64,000 nucleotides of DNA, taken from NCBI GenBank assembly GCA_000004985.1, contig GG738886.1; one strand, given 5' to 3'. Position 1 is the stretch's first letter, and every line of letters starts with the position of its first letter. The notes under the pieces were generated by a model. The model saw only the letters and a program-made list of their open reading frames with translations, did no database searches and was not told the DNA's origin. Below are positions 43,363 to 54,600 of the stretch, piece after piece. The DNA comes from Naegleria gruberi. Lineage: Eukaryota. A program made the translations under genes and the position numbers.

Positions 43363-43818
43363 ATGAGCGATTTAGTAAGAATCTTCAAGTCAGATATTGT
43401 CAATGCTCCAATCGACCAAGTGTGGCAGTTGGTGAGAAGTTTTAATGGTCTTCCACAATGGGCAGCTGGTATTTCAGCAAGTATTATCGAAAATGGTAGA
43501 GAAGATAATTCCATTGGTTGTGTCCGATCATTATCTTTGGCTGGTGGTGAAGAACCAATCCGAGAGGAATTATTATCCTTTGATGAGAAGAATCACACCT
43601 ATTCATACACTATCCTTGATGGACCACTCCCATTCAAGAATTACAAACACTATTATTCAACTATTACTTTGCGTGAAATTACAGAAAGCAACACAACATT
43701 CATTGAGTGGAAATCGGAATTTTTCTGTCCTTTGGGTGAACATGATAGTGCCAAACCAATTGTGGAAGGAGTTTATGTTGGAGGAATTAATGCATTGAAA
43801 AAGAAATTCTCTCAATAA
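43363..43818 (+). CDS. Bet v1-like / SRPBCC (polyketide-cyclase-type) ligand-binding domain protein of 151 aa.
   Basis: Single ORF. VNAPIDQVWQLVRSFNGLPQWAAGI...TFIEWKSEF is consistent with the SRPBCC helix-grip fold pattern. The assignment is by pattern only. Confidence 0.45.
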   Translation: MSDLVRIFKSDIVNAPIDQVWQLVRSFNGLPQWAAGISASIIENGREDNSIGCVRSLSLAGGEEPIREELLSFDEKNHTYSYTILDGPLPFKNYKHYYSTITLREITESNTTFIEWKSEFFCPLGEHDSAKPIVEGVYVGGINALKKKFSQ

Positions 43819-44201
43819 TTGTGCTGAGAATAATTGTTTGTGAAATTTTGAATTTATATTAAATTTGTTCCTTGATTAATTTAATTGGAAATTATTTTCA
43901 TGTGTGATGATGGAAAATTTAATGGATTCTCTCAATGAGTGGAAGAATTGAGTTTTTAGCATGATGGCAGTTAAGGAATTGAAATTGAACTGTCAATTTT
44001 ATTGTAAGCTACAACAGAATTATTCGAATATGGTCAATATTTTGTAAAGAACATATAATATCCACAGGGGTGCCTTTTCGATTGGATTAGTTCTTGTATG
44101 GAAGTTTGTGATAATCTTTCATCTGATTCCCGCCAAACAAATTTTCAACCGTTACACAAATCTGCCAAGCATCAAATTTTCAAAAACAAAAAAAATACAT
44201 C

Positions 44202-46709
44202 ATGATTCAAGAGCACTTAAACGGCGACTCCACCTCTGTGGAAAGAACCGTTTTCCAACAAGATTCCTCACCCATCCGTCTTCGTTCATTAAAACCAAGT
44301 CACCAACTTTCTCCTTCGTATAAATCACCAAAATCACAAACACCTTCAAAAACTAAACTTTCACAATCTCCTCCACCTTCATCGAACAGTAAGAGAATGA
44401 TGAGAGCAAATCATGCTCGCTGTCAAGCTTTTGAAAAATCTCCAGATTTGCGAATGCAAAAAGTTTCACATGATAAGGAAAATCAAGAAATGGACATTAG
44501 TCCACATAATAACGAAACTATTCTTTCACCACCCAAGTTGGTGTTGAGTAAATCGAATTCTGGATTGAGAAAGCCACTGAGTCCAATTTCTCCTCAAATG
44601 ATGGAAGATTCTCCATTGGAAAATATTAAACGAAAGACACCTAATCGTTATTCACCTTATTTATTGAAATCTGTATTGAAGAATGCAAATTCACCACGAA
44701 ATGTTTCACCACTCGTTCGTAACAGTGCTACCTTTAAGAGAAAATCACCACACAATCGATCTACTCCAAATAATTATTCGAAACATTCGAATGATCCTAA
44801 TAGAATGAGTGAATCACCAGATGCAGACTGTATCCAATTAGAAACTCCACCTCACATCCTCCAACAAGAAGACAATAAGAAATTCATTGGTGAACAAAGT
44901 ACCATCCGTGTGAAACCAATCCAATTCCAAGCTCCAACCTCAAGTGCCAACGAACCATTCTCACCAATTGCCCAAACTAATCACATTCCACAACAAGCAA
45001 CATCTTCCACATTCAGATCACCATTCAAAACTCCAAGTTACATTAAAAAGAGACAAGCTCTTGCTGAGGATTTGGGAATGGCCTTTGAGGATAGTTATTC
45101 CAGATCTGCAAAGAAGAATGCTACCACTCAAAATCCACTTAAAAATCCATTCACACCAAATAGTTTTAAACAAATTAAGGTAATTCCTGATAAGGCATTT
45201 AGAATGATGGTTGGAAATACAGCTCAACAACAAGTGGTTGAAGAACCTAAAAAGAAGAAATCAATCATTCGTTCAATGAGAGATTATAGAAAGAATAAGA
45301 AGGAATCACTGAAAAGTAAATTGAGAGGTGATAGTCCACCTAAGGATTATTCCTCATCTACTGATTCATTAAAGAAGAGTAGATCTCCTGCCAGAAAGAG
45401 AAAGTTTGATGAAACTGAAGAAGAAATTCAAGGAGGTGCCACAGTTTTAAGTAATTTGGGTGTTCTCATTGATCAGTCAACTGTAACCAGTTCAGCACCA
45501 GTAGCCAACACTAACCAAAATGATTTCATGATTGCAGCAGATATCGAAATTGAAAGTGATGGAGAAGATGTTGTCATTGAAGAATTGGAACATGCAGCAT
45601 GTGAATCACCAACTAAGAAAATCAAATCAGAACAAGGTAGACCACTTTGGAGTAGATTAAAGAAGGCTCTCACAAAGAAGAAATCAAATCCAGAAGAAGA
45701 CGATGAAGAATCCAAACAACCAAAGAATACACTCAGAAGAAAGCTCTCTAAAAAGGGTCTTCAAGCATTCAGATCTAATCAAGTTCAACAAGTGCAAAAT
45801 AACTTGTCAAATCCTAATTTACTATCAACTCAAGATTTCAATAATGAAGGTCCACTGAGAAAACAAAGAAGTTTTGGAGAAAATTATTTTTCCTCAATGG
45901 TTCATGGAAGAAAGCAACAACAACAACAAATGGAAGAACAATCAGCTGATTTACACAATATTTCATTTGACGAAACTGATTTAAACAAACACAAGAATCG
46001 TCAATTCCAACTTCAAGATGATTTACAAGAACAATTTTTGAATAATATGAAAATGGTCAAACATACTGATTCTAATTTAAAGTCCTCATTCACTAACAAT
46101 ACAACCATTGCTGCCACTACTAACGAATGTGTGAAAAATTTCAAAATTCCATCACTCAATTTGAAGAATGTACCAACTTTACAATTAGCTCCAAAAGAAG
46201 AAAAGCCAACTTTCACATATTCTTTCGTTGAGATTATTAACACTCCACATCATAGAGAATACTTTACAAAACATTGTATTAATGAGTACAATTCAGAAAA
46301 TATTGAATTTTGGTGTGCTGTCAGATTAGAATATTCCTATTTAAGAGATAGATCACAAAGATATCAAATGGCTATCAAACTTCTCAATGAATACGTTGAT
46401 TTATCAAGTGATAAGGCATTAAACATTGATAAGAAATCCATTCTTCAAGTCAAGACAAGAATCAATGACGAAACTGATGACCTCTCTGATTTATTCGATT
46501 CCATTACTAACCATGTAGAAACTGTAATGATGGACTCTTTCAAGAGATTCCAACTCCTTCCAATCTACCAGGAAATGATTGCTCACCACAAAACCATCAT
46601 CTCTGAGAATAACAAGACAGATTTGGATACTCCTAGAGGAACCAACTTTAAGAATAAGATGTTTAGTTTCCTTTCTCCAAAAGGTCTCATCAAACAACAA
46701 CATGATTAA
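44202..46709 (+). CDS. RGS (regulator of G-protein signalling) domain protein of 835 aa with a long Ser/Pro/Lys-rich N-terminus.
   Basis: C-terminal RGS box FSFVEIINTPHHREYFTKHCINEYNSENIEFWCAVRLEYS...LLNEYVDLSSDKALNID...MMDSFKRFQ, matching the SEENLEFW consensus. Confidence 0.7.
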   Translation: MIQEHLNGDSTSVERTVFQQDSSPIRLRSLKPSHQLSPSYKSPKSQTPSKTKLSQSPPPSSNSKRMMRANHARCQAFEKSPDLRMQKVSHDKENQEMDISPHNNETILSPPKLVLSKSNSGLRKPLSPISPQMMEDSPLENIKRKTPNRYSPYLLKSVLKNANSPRNVSPLVRNSATFKRKSPHNRSTPNNYSKHSNDPNRMSESPDADCIQLETPPHILQQEDNKKFIGEQSTIRVKPIQFQAPTSSANEPFSPIAQTNHIPQQATSSTFRSPFKTPSYIKKRQALAEDLGMAFEDSYSRSAKKNATTQNPLKNPFTPNSFKQIKVIPDKAFRMMVGNTAQQQVVEEPKKKKSIIRSMRDYRKNKKESLKSKLRGDSPPKDYSSSTDSLKKSRSPARKRKFDETEEEIQGGATVLSNLGVLIDQSTVTSSAPVANTNQNDFMIAADIEIESDGEDVVIEELEHAACESPTKKIKSEQGRPLWSRLKKALTKKKSNPEEDDEESKQPKNTLRRKLSKKGLQAFRSNQVQQVQNNLSNPNLLSTQDFNNEGPLRKQRSFGENYFSSMVHGRKQQQQQMEEQSADLHNISFDETDLNKHKNRQFQLQDDLQEQFLNNMKMVKHTDSNLKSSFTNNTTIAATTNECVKNFKIPSLNLKNVPTLQLAPKEEKPTFTYSFVEIINTPHHREYFTKHCINEYNSENIEFWCAVRLEYSYLRDRSQRYQMAIKLLNEYVDLSSDKALNIDKKSILQVKTRINDETDDLSDLFDSITNHVETVMMDSFKRFQLLPIYQEMIAHHKTIISENNKTDLDTPRGTNFKNKMFSFLSPKGLIKQQHD

Positions 46710-46849
46710 GAGTGAGCTACTTTAGTGTTAGTTCACTACCTTTCTCAAATATATTGTAAAGTATTTAACAATTTGTCACATTTCTTTTTGTATGTTTGAA
46801 TTTGGCGCCAAAATTGTTTACAAGTTTTTAAAAATAGTTGAAAAAAAAA

Positions 46850-48554
46850 TGCTCTCCACTGATCAGGCAAGACAATATCAAGCAGCACAGAAGAATACAA
46901 AGGCTGCCAATAGTAGTAAAGTCAATAACAATATTAGTACTACAACAACAAGCAGTACAAGGAGTAATTCATCAGCTTCACCTTTGGATGCTAGTAATTA
47001 TTTTAACAACACAACGGGAAGAGAAAAGTTGGATATCACAAAGGAGGAAATAGATAAGATTGAAAAATGTATGAAGGACCCTGAGTTTTTAAAGTTGTTT
47101 GAGGAATATGTGAATGAAATTTCCGATCCTAATGCATTGAGGGAAACTGACATGTATATTAAACAATTGGAGAAGGAGGGAACAAGTTTACCCAAGTCAA
47201 TAGTCATTCCGAAGGCTGTAAGTATGAACGTGATGATAGAATTATGTTAATAGATGTAGTGTTTTTGTATTCAATGTGGAACTGAAGATAAGAAGGGGAA
47301 GAACTATATTGTAAATGTTTGTTCGAGTGATAGTGTTGAAATTCACAAGGAAGAGAAATCTAAAAAAGGCGAAAAATGTAAGTTGTGACAATTCAATTAA
47401 GGTCTTATCCAAAACTTTCAGCTGGTACCCAATTTAGTGTTCCATTGGTCGTCGGAAATCCAAAAGTTGAGGAAAAACAAGTCGTTCTCGATGTCATTTT
47501 TAACACAAAAACTTGTGAAAAGGCTGATAAGGATGTTTTGTTTAAGGATTTTATCTGTGGAATGGCTTTGGACTATGTGGAGAAGAAATGTAATGTTAAA
47601 TTGAAAAAGCAATATTATACAATGATGCTTGGAGTTAAAAGTGTTGGAGAGCCATCAGCTCTGACAGTTCAAGCCCCTGGTCAAAAAACTGATAAGAACG
47701 ATCCATTAGCTCCTCAAAGCGTGCTTAAGGATATTCAGGAAAGTAGAGAAAAGGCCAATCAAATCTACTCTACAGAACAAAAGGAACTGAAATTGACCAA
47801 AGAAGACCCAACTCCTAAGAAATCAAACCTCATTCAAGAAGTTAATGATCCAATAACTCCAAAGTATGAAATTGTATACAGGAATAGTTTTGATATGTCA
47901 GAATATACATATTCAACTCCAACAGCTACAAATAGAGCAAAACCAGCTGAGATTGGAATTAGAATATTCCTTCCAATGTTGGATAGTATATCAGGAGTGG
48001 ACCTGGATGTGTCTGAAAACTTTTTGAAATTGGATTGTACACATCCTCAAAAGTATCATTTGGATCTTCATTTGCCGTACAGTGTGTTGAGTGACAAGGT
48101 TTCCGCCAAATTTGAAAAGAAAACCAGAACTTTGAAAGTCAACTTAATTGTCACACCTGACCCAGTGCAGAAAGTTGTCTTTGATGAGATTCCAAAAGAA
48201 CAGGAAGAGGAAGAGAAAGTTACAGTTGTGGAAGAATTAAACAAGGTTGAAGAAGTTGCAGAAACTGTCACAGAAATCCCTCAAACAGAATTTAAACTTT
48301 CTAAAGCGCCATCTCCAAATCAATTCTCTTCGTTCGTTCAAAAGATTCCTCAAGAAATTGATATTGCTGCAACTGAATTGAAACCTGTAAATATCCATGC
48401 CGAACCACCAAAAACCCAAATTGTAAATAGAGTTGAAAGGAATGATACCACAACAAAGAAGAGTGTATCATTTGCTCCACCAGTCAGCGAAGAAGTGAAA
48501 CCAGTCCAACAAGCAAGCGAGTTCAAAAATAAGTATTTATTTGAACTGGACTAG
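46850..48554 (+). CDS. Kintoun/DNAAF2-like PIH1-family protein with a C-terminal CS domain. Three exons at approximately 46850..47218, 47252..47376 and 47422..48554.
   Basis: KDPEFLKLFEEYVNEISDPNALRETDMYIKQLEKEG closely parallels the Kintoun N-terminus DPEFRRMFSQYAEELTDPENRRRYEAEI..LERERG. KGKNYIVNVCSS matches the PIH1 core, and LKLDCTHPQKYHLDLHLPYSVLSDKVSAKFEKKTRTLKVNL resembles a CS domain. Introns have GTAAGT donors. Exact junctions are approximate. Confidence 0.6.
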
Positions 48555-48748
48555 TTGACTAAATATTGCCAATAAAATATTTAAATAATTTTTTTGTGGA
48601 TTTATTTAAGTCGCCAAATACACAAAATTATTGGAGACTTGTGCTACAGAAATGGGTGAAGCAAATGAATCCACAACTCTTGAGTATTTACAATCTTCTT
48701 TTTCCATTCTGACTGTTCTGGAAACACATTTAAAATACATTGCATCAC

Positions 48749-50770
48749 TTATTTGATAATCTTTTCAGCAGCTTCCTTAATCTTACCCAAACGGCTTTGA
48801 ATATAAGCCATTCTGAGAGTCTTATCTCTAGCTAAGAAAGGTCTAGCACTGACAGCAAATTGGAAACGAGGATTAAGTTGTCTAGCAATACCTTCGACAA
48901 CGACAGTACTGATGACAAGTGTAGAGAAAGTAGATTCAATAGGAACACGATATTGTCTACCAAGAGTCAACACAGTTTCCATAACCTTACCAACTTGAAT
49001 TTCTTCAATTGGCTTATCCAAAACGAATGTAATAAGTTCAGCCATTTCCTTCTTGAATTTTTCAGCATTTTCTGGTGTCAAAGAATAACCAGTATTTTCA
49101 CGAAGCTTTCTAGAACGTTCAATCATCAATTGAGCAGCATAATAACCTTCACCTCTGATAATAGCAGAGAAGAGATCAATAAAGTTTTGACGATCTTCTG
49201 ATGACAATTGAGTAACCATACCAGCATCCAAAACAACCAACATTGGCTCATTGGTTTCCTTGTTAATTCTAACCATCAAATTACCAGGGTGCAAATCAGC
49301 ATGGAGCAAGTTGTCATGCAACATCATCTTTAAGAAAAGGTCGGTACCAAGTTCGGCAACACGATGTCTTTGGTTGGTTTGTTGAAGTCTTTGTTGTTCC
49401 TTTTCATCAATTTCTCCTTCAACTTCTCTACTAACAGGTTTGTTGCCCTTTTCATGAACAAGTTCATCTAAAATTTGTTCTGGTTTTGGAACAGGATTTG
49501 GGATTGAAATTTCACGATCAATACGAGCTTGATCCAAATAATGTTGAATAGAAATACCAGGTTCAAAACTTTCAATAAGAATGCTTGGAGTATAGAAATA
49601 TGGAGTTGGGAAAATGATAGTAGACTTAAAGTCTTGGAAGTTCTTTTGGAAGGCCTTAAGATTTTCACCTTCAAATCGGAAGTTGGTTTGAAGTTTCATA
49701 CACTTTGTAAATTCTTTAACATTTTCTTGAAGTTGCAACCAACCCAATGATGGAAGGAATCTACTAGTCAAAACACAGAACAATTCCAAAATCTTTAAAT
49801 CTTGAAGAATTTGTGTTTCAACATAAGGATGTCTAACCTTGATGGCAACATCCTTGATTTCTTCCTTCTTTGTGTGATCATTAAATCTCTTCATTTTGCC
49901 TCTGTAAACTTGACCAATAGCACCACTTGCCAAAGGATGGTTACTATCAATCCAAGTAATGATATCTTCATCTTTTCCTTCTCTCTTACGATATTGATCA
50001 TTAACAAGTTGTTTAACGTTTTTAACATGATGTTTTGGAGCATTAGAGTGGAGAGCAGCAAAGTGTTTACAAATGTGAGGATCGAGTAAATCAGCTCTTG
50101 TTGAAAGCCATTGTGAGAATTTGATGAAACAAGTACCTCCGTCCTTCAAACTTTGAACAACACGCATAAAGAATGCTTCATCAAGATCCTTTTCAGCCTT
50201 GTCCAACATTTCTGCTCCATTTTCAAATTTAATCCTAGTGTATAAAAATCTATAGAAAGGCTTTAGGATGAGATAATGCCACATTGAATAGAAAACGAGT
50301 GGTGAAAAGATGGTAATAATTTCATTCAAACGTTGTCCAATATGAATTAAATAGTAAATACGATGGAAAAGAGAGTGAGTAAATCTATCATATAATAATT
50401 GACCATATTTGTCGCTGTTGATGAGTGTTGGTGTATCAAAGGCATGTTCAGGAACTGCAGGAGGTTGTGCTTCTTCTGATTTTGGTCCAAATAACAAATT
50501 CAACCATCTACTCTTTCTACGGATGACTCCAAGTTCTTCTTCGGTTTCCTTTTCGTAAGCCTTAGCAACAGCTCCAACTGTAAGAGCTGAACCAACTACC
50601 ACTGAACCAATTAGAAATTTTCTACCATATCCACTACTTTTGGCAGCTTCAGCAGTTGTCTTTAATGGTTGTTGCACACCACGACGAAGGAGGTGCTTCC
50701 ACATTTTTTTTATCGGCTTTTTTGTTTGCACATTTGCGTTGAAGAGATTCAAAAGCCCTGTTTCACTCAA
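48749..50770 (-). CDS. ABC1/ADCK (UbiB-family) atypical kinase of 673 aa, likely mitochondrial.
   Basis: ASGAIGQVYRGK...VAIKVRHP at the lysine site, and HADLHPGNLMV as the catalytic loop typical of ABC1. Single ORF. Confidence 0.75.
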   Translation of the reverse strand: MSETGLLNLFNANVQTKKPIKKMWKHLLRRGVQQPLKTTAEAAKSSGYGRKFLIGSVVVGSALTVGAVAKAYEKETEEELGVIRRKSRWLNLLFGPKSEEAQPPAVPEHAFDTPTLINSDKYGQLLYDRFTHSLFHRIYYLIHIGQRLNEIITIFSPLVFYSMWHYLILKPFYRFLYTRIKFENGAEMLDKAEKDLDEAFFMRVVQSLKDGGTCFIKFSQWLSTRADLLDPHICKHFAALHSNAPKHHVKNVKQLVNDQYRKREGKDEDIITWIDSNHPLASGAIGQVYRGKMKRFNDHTKKEEIKDVAIKVRHPYVETQILQDLKILELFCVLTSRFLPSLGWLQLQENVKEFTKCMKLQTNFRFEGENLKAFQKNFQDFKSTIIFPTPYFYTPSILIESFEPGISIQHYLDQARIDREISIPNPVPKPEQILDELVHEKGNKPVSREVEGEIDEKEQQRLQQTNQRHRVAELGTDLFLKMMLHDNLLHADLHPGNLMVRINKETNEPMLVVLDAGMVTQLSSEDRQNFIDLFSAIIRGEGYYAAQLMIERSRKLRENTGYSLTPENAEKFKKEMAELITFVLDKPIEEIQVGKVMETVLTLGRQYRVPIESTFSTLVISTVVVEGIARQLNPRFQFAVSARPFLARDKTLRMAYIQSRLGKIKEAAEKIIK

Positions 50771-51613
50771 TCTTTGTTAATTGTGCGTTAAATTGGAATA
50801 TTAGATAATCATCATGATTGAATTTTATTAATACTATCATATTCTACTATCAAAATTGATGAGGAGAGTTTTTGATTTATTTGAAGCATAGATGACGTAT
50901 TCAAGTATTAAAAATACACAACTAAGAGATTGAATGTTCTTGCTCAATGCACATTTTCCTCTTCTTGATGTTACCGATTGCATTCCCCTCAAGACAACAA
51001 AATTGATTGACTATTAGACAACAACGAGATAAATGATTCTTTTGTTGTTGTAAAATAACAAGGAGTCAGACGAGCTGCTAAATTGTCTACAGGTATAATT
51101 CTGTTACTACAATAACGGAAAAGAAAGCATTCATCATTAACGCAATCATTCAATTATTCTCTCTATTTTGATTGACTTTATCATCTTTGAATGAAATTGT
51201 GGTTTTTCATTTTTAATAAAAATAATTTCAAAAAATTATTTTACACCTTAACCTTTTTCGTTTTCATTTGAAGCCTTCCAAAAGAACAATTCACAATTTG
51301 AATGGCTTCATTGTCATAGTACTTACTAATGAACCTTAAAATTTTCAAGTTTGTTTGTTTGGAATATTACAATACGATTAAATTAACAATAAAAAATTAA
51401 CTATCAGTCATCCATCATTTCAAACTATTTAACCGGTTCAATATTGAATCGTCCCAAATTGTTATTTTACAATAAATTCATCTCTCTATTACATCAACAC
51501 AATAAACTTGTCCCAAATTCAAATCATAACTCAATCCATGTAAGCAGCCAGCGATAAACTATATTCATAACCCAGGGCTTTGTATTTTTCAAATGTCACC
51601 AGCACTATAAAAA

Positions 51614-54600
51614 ATGTCAATCAGACAAAAACTCTTCCCTCAGCGAAAGCGAATGTCTGGTATTTTTGAATCAGAGCACTCGCCAACTGACGTGGACAGC
51701 CTAAAGAAAAATAGACGAGTTTCGAACGCTTCAGATATGATGTTGAGTCATCCTCCAATCGATCAGCACACCTCCAACCTTCTCAACACTAGTCTCTGTA
51801 ATAATCCCTCCATGTCAGAAGATTCACTCTCTCGAAAAGTTACCATTGGATCATCGACTTGTATTGATAGTAGTACTGGTAGCAGCGAGGTTGATTCATC
51901 ACCAAATAATAATGGTAATACACTCGATATCAAGAGCAGTAGAGGGAAACAAGAGCAATCATCCACAGTGATGATCGCTACTGCTCCTCCTGCTGGTTCT
52001 GATGCGGTAAATGATGATGTTGCTTCTTCTGGCTCATCCAAAAACAGCCTAAAAAACGAAGAGAAAAATGCTTCATTGTTGCCACAACAAGACTCATCAT
52101 CAACAAGTATAAAATCGGACTCATCTTCTCTCAATAACAACAACAATAATAATAATATTAGCAATAATAGTTCAGTATCATCATCATCATCCGCCTCAGT
52201 AGTAGATAATATTGAAGACGATATGACAAAAAACAGATCACTCACATATGCTGTTGGTGATTCCAAATTTAAGGGAATTGGCCCTAATGATGTTAAATCA
52301 CCACAATCACAGAATGCTACTACAGTTTCAACCTTTCTTACCGATGAACAACCATCTACTATTTCTCCAACAACTGCTATGAATAATAGATTCCAAGGAA
52401 TCAGTTCAAAAGACGCCAAACCTACAACCACAACAAGTACTACATCCCAACCAAAGCATGCTAATCCTCCACCAATACAAACAACATCATCCGTATCAAA
52501 TAATGGTAAATCATCAACTCCTACAAATAACAAGCCAGCATCATCAAAACCAGTAGAAAAACCAAGAGTTTCTCAAGACCTTTCAAGAGAAGCAGCTTTA
52601 AAGAAGAAAGCAACAGGAAAAAGCTTAACAATGCCATCTTCATCACAAAACAAAATTGTAGTGATTGGTTGTAGAGGTATTGGTAAATCCGAAATGGTGT
52701 ACAAGTTTTTACACAATGAAATTCGTTTTTATCATCAATTAAAGAAAGATAAGGCTCATCTACTTGAAGAACTTAAAGGTACTTTGGCTTCCGAACAAAA
52801 GACTATTAACGAGAAAAAAACACAATCAGCGTCCAACCAACAGAATGCTACTACCACACCAACAAATAATTTACCATCATCATCGACATCATGCACAATA
52901 ACACCTAAAACTGAACCTTCTCCAACAAAAGTTCAAGACAATTTACCAATAGATCCAGGTGCAATAGTGGAAAATGAAATTGAGTGTGCTCTCAAACCAT
53001 CAGACTCTTTAGAAGTTAGAAAACTGAAATTACTTTTAATGAAGAAAGACCAAGAAATTAAAAAACAAAAAGAAGAAATGGAAAATACCATTCAAGAACT
53101 TTCAAGTATGTGGAAAAAGGAGAGAACAGAAAAGGTCGAACTTGAAGAAGAGTATGTCGAAAAGGAAAATGAGTTGAATCATTATATTTCAGTTGTTGAA
53201 CAGATTCATCACTTGATTAATTTGGATCCAAAGTCAGATGAAATTCCAGAAGCAATTTCTTTCAAACTTCCTGAAAATCCTAATAATGGAATTTTGAGTC
53301 CAAACAGAAAGAGAAAGACCAGTGCCCATGCTGGAGTTATTGCTGCAACACCAAAACAAAATTTATCAACACTTCCACCATCTACTCCAAATGTTGTAAC
53401 ACCAATGAATAATAGAAATAGTCACAATAATAACCACAACGACGACTTCTTTGATCTCCAAAACTTCAACCCTAAAGACCCTGTACCAGTAACACCAATG
53501 TCTTCCCAAAGAAAGGCAAGACATGTCAGAACGGAAAGTACTTTCCAAAAGCTAAGAACAAACCAATATCAAGTTGTTGCTCAAGATTTAAGAAAATCAA
53601 TTGAAGAAGATATTGACGCAGATGTTTCTGATCCAGAAACAAACAGCATTGCTTTAGCTGCAAACGAAACTGATGAGACCACGGACGAAATTAACATGTT
53701 CTTGGCAGATTTTAATAGAACCGAGGAATCCAATTTTGTATTGACAAACAATCCATCCATGAATAGAATTCAAGCTCCACAAGTGAAGAATTCCCTTTCC
53801 AATTCGGAAGATAGTGCTGGAGATGAAGATACCGAGAATGATTATTCAGAAAGTAGTGATATTACTTCTGTTTCATCAACTGCTAGTTCTAACCATTCCC
53901 TTGTTAAAGCTCAATCAACAATGGATGTAAGAGGTGATAGAGGACAACCAGTAGTAGCTAACAGTTTAATTTTACCAAATGTTGGAAAGTCAAAATCTCC
54001 AACAATTGTACAATCTACAGATTACAAGTATGACGAGAACTTGTTTGTAAAATTATTAACCCCAAGTTTCCACCTTACTGAGGGTTTGAGAAAGTTTAAT
54101 ACCGGTAAACCAAAAGATGCTCTCAAGTATCTGATAGAAAATGCAATTTTGCCTGATCCAGAAGCTGGGTTAACTGAAACTAAGGAAAAACCAGAGGCAG
54201 TAATTTCTAGATTTATGGCCATTGCTGATTCTTTGAATAAGGAAAAACTCGGAGAATTTTTGGGAGATGAAAGGAATAATGTCTATCTGGAAGAATTTGT
54301 CAGATTCCATGTTCAAGAGCTGTACAATGAAGAAAAGAAACAAGGTGATGACACTTATTTGAGCAAGTTTGATCGTGCTCTTCGTTCATTTTTCATTCAA
54401 TTCAAATTACCAAAAGAAGGACAACAAGTTACCAGAATTGCAGAGGTCTTTGCCAATGTGTATAGTGAAAATAACAAGAATGATGGAGAACTCAATGGTA
54501 ATGGTGATGCTTGCTATTTACTTGTATGTTCAATGCTCATGGTGAATACACAATTACACAATCCAATTGCGAATATCAAGTTATCGAGAGAGCAATTTGT

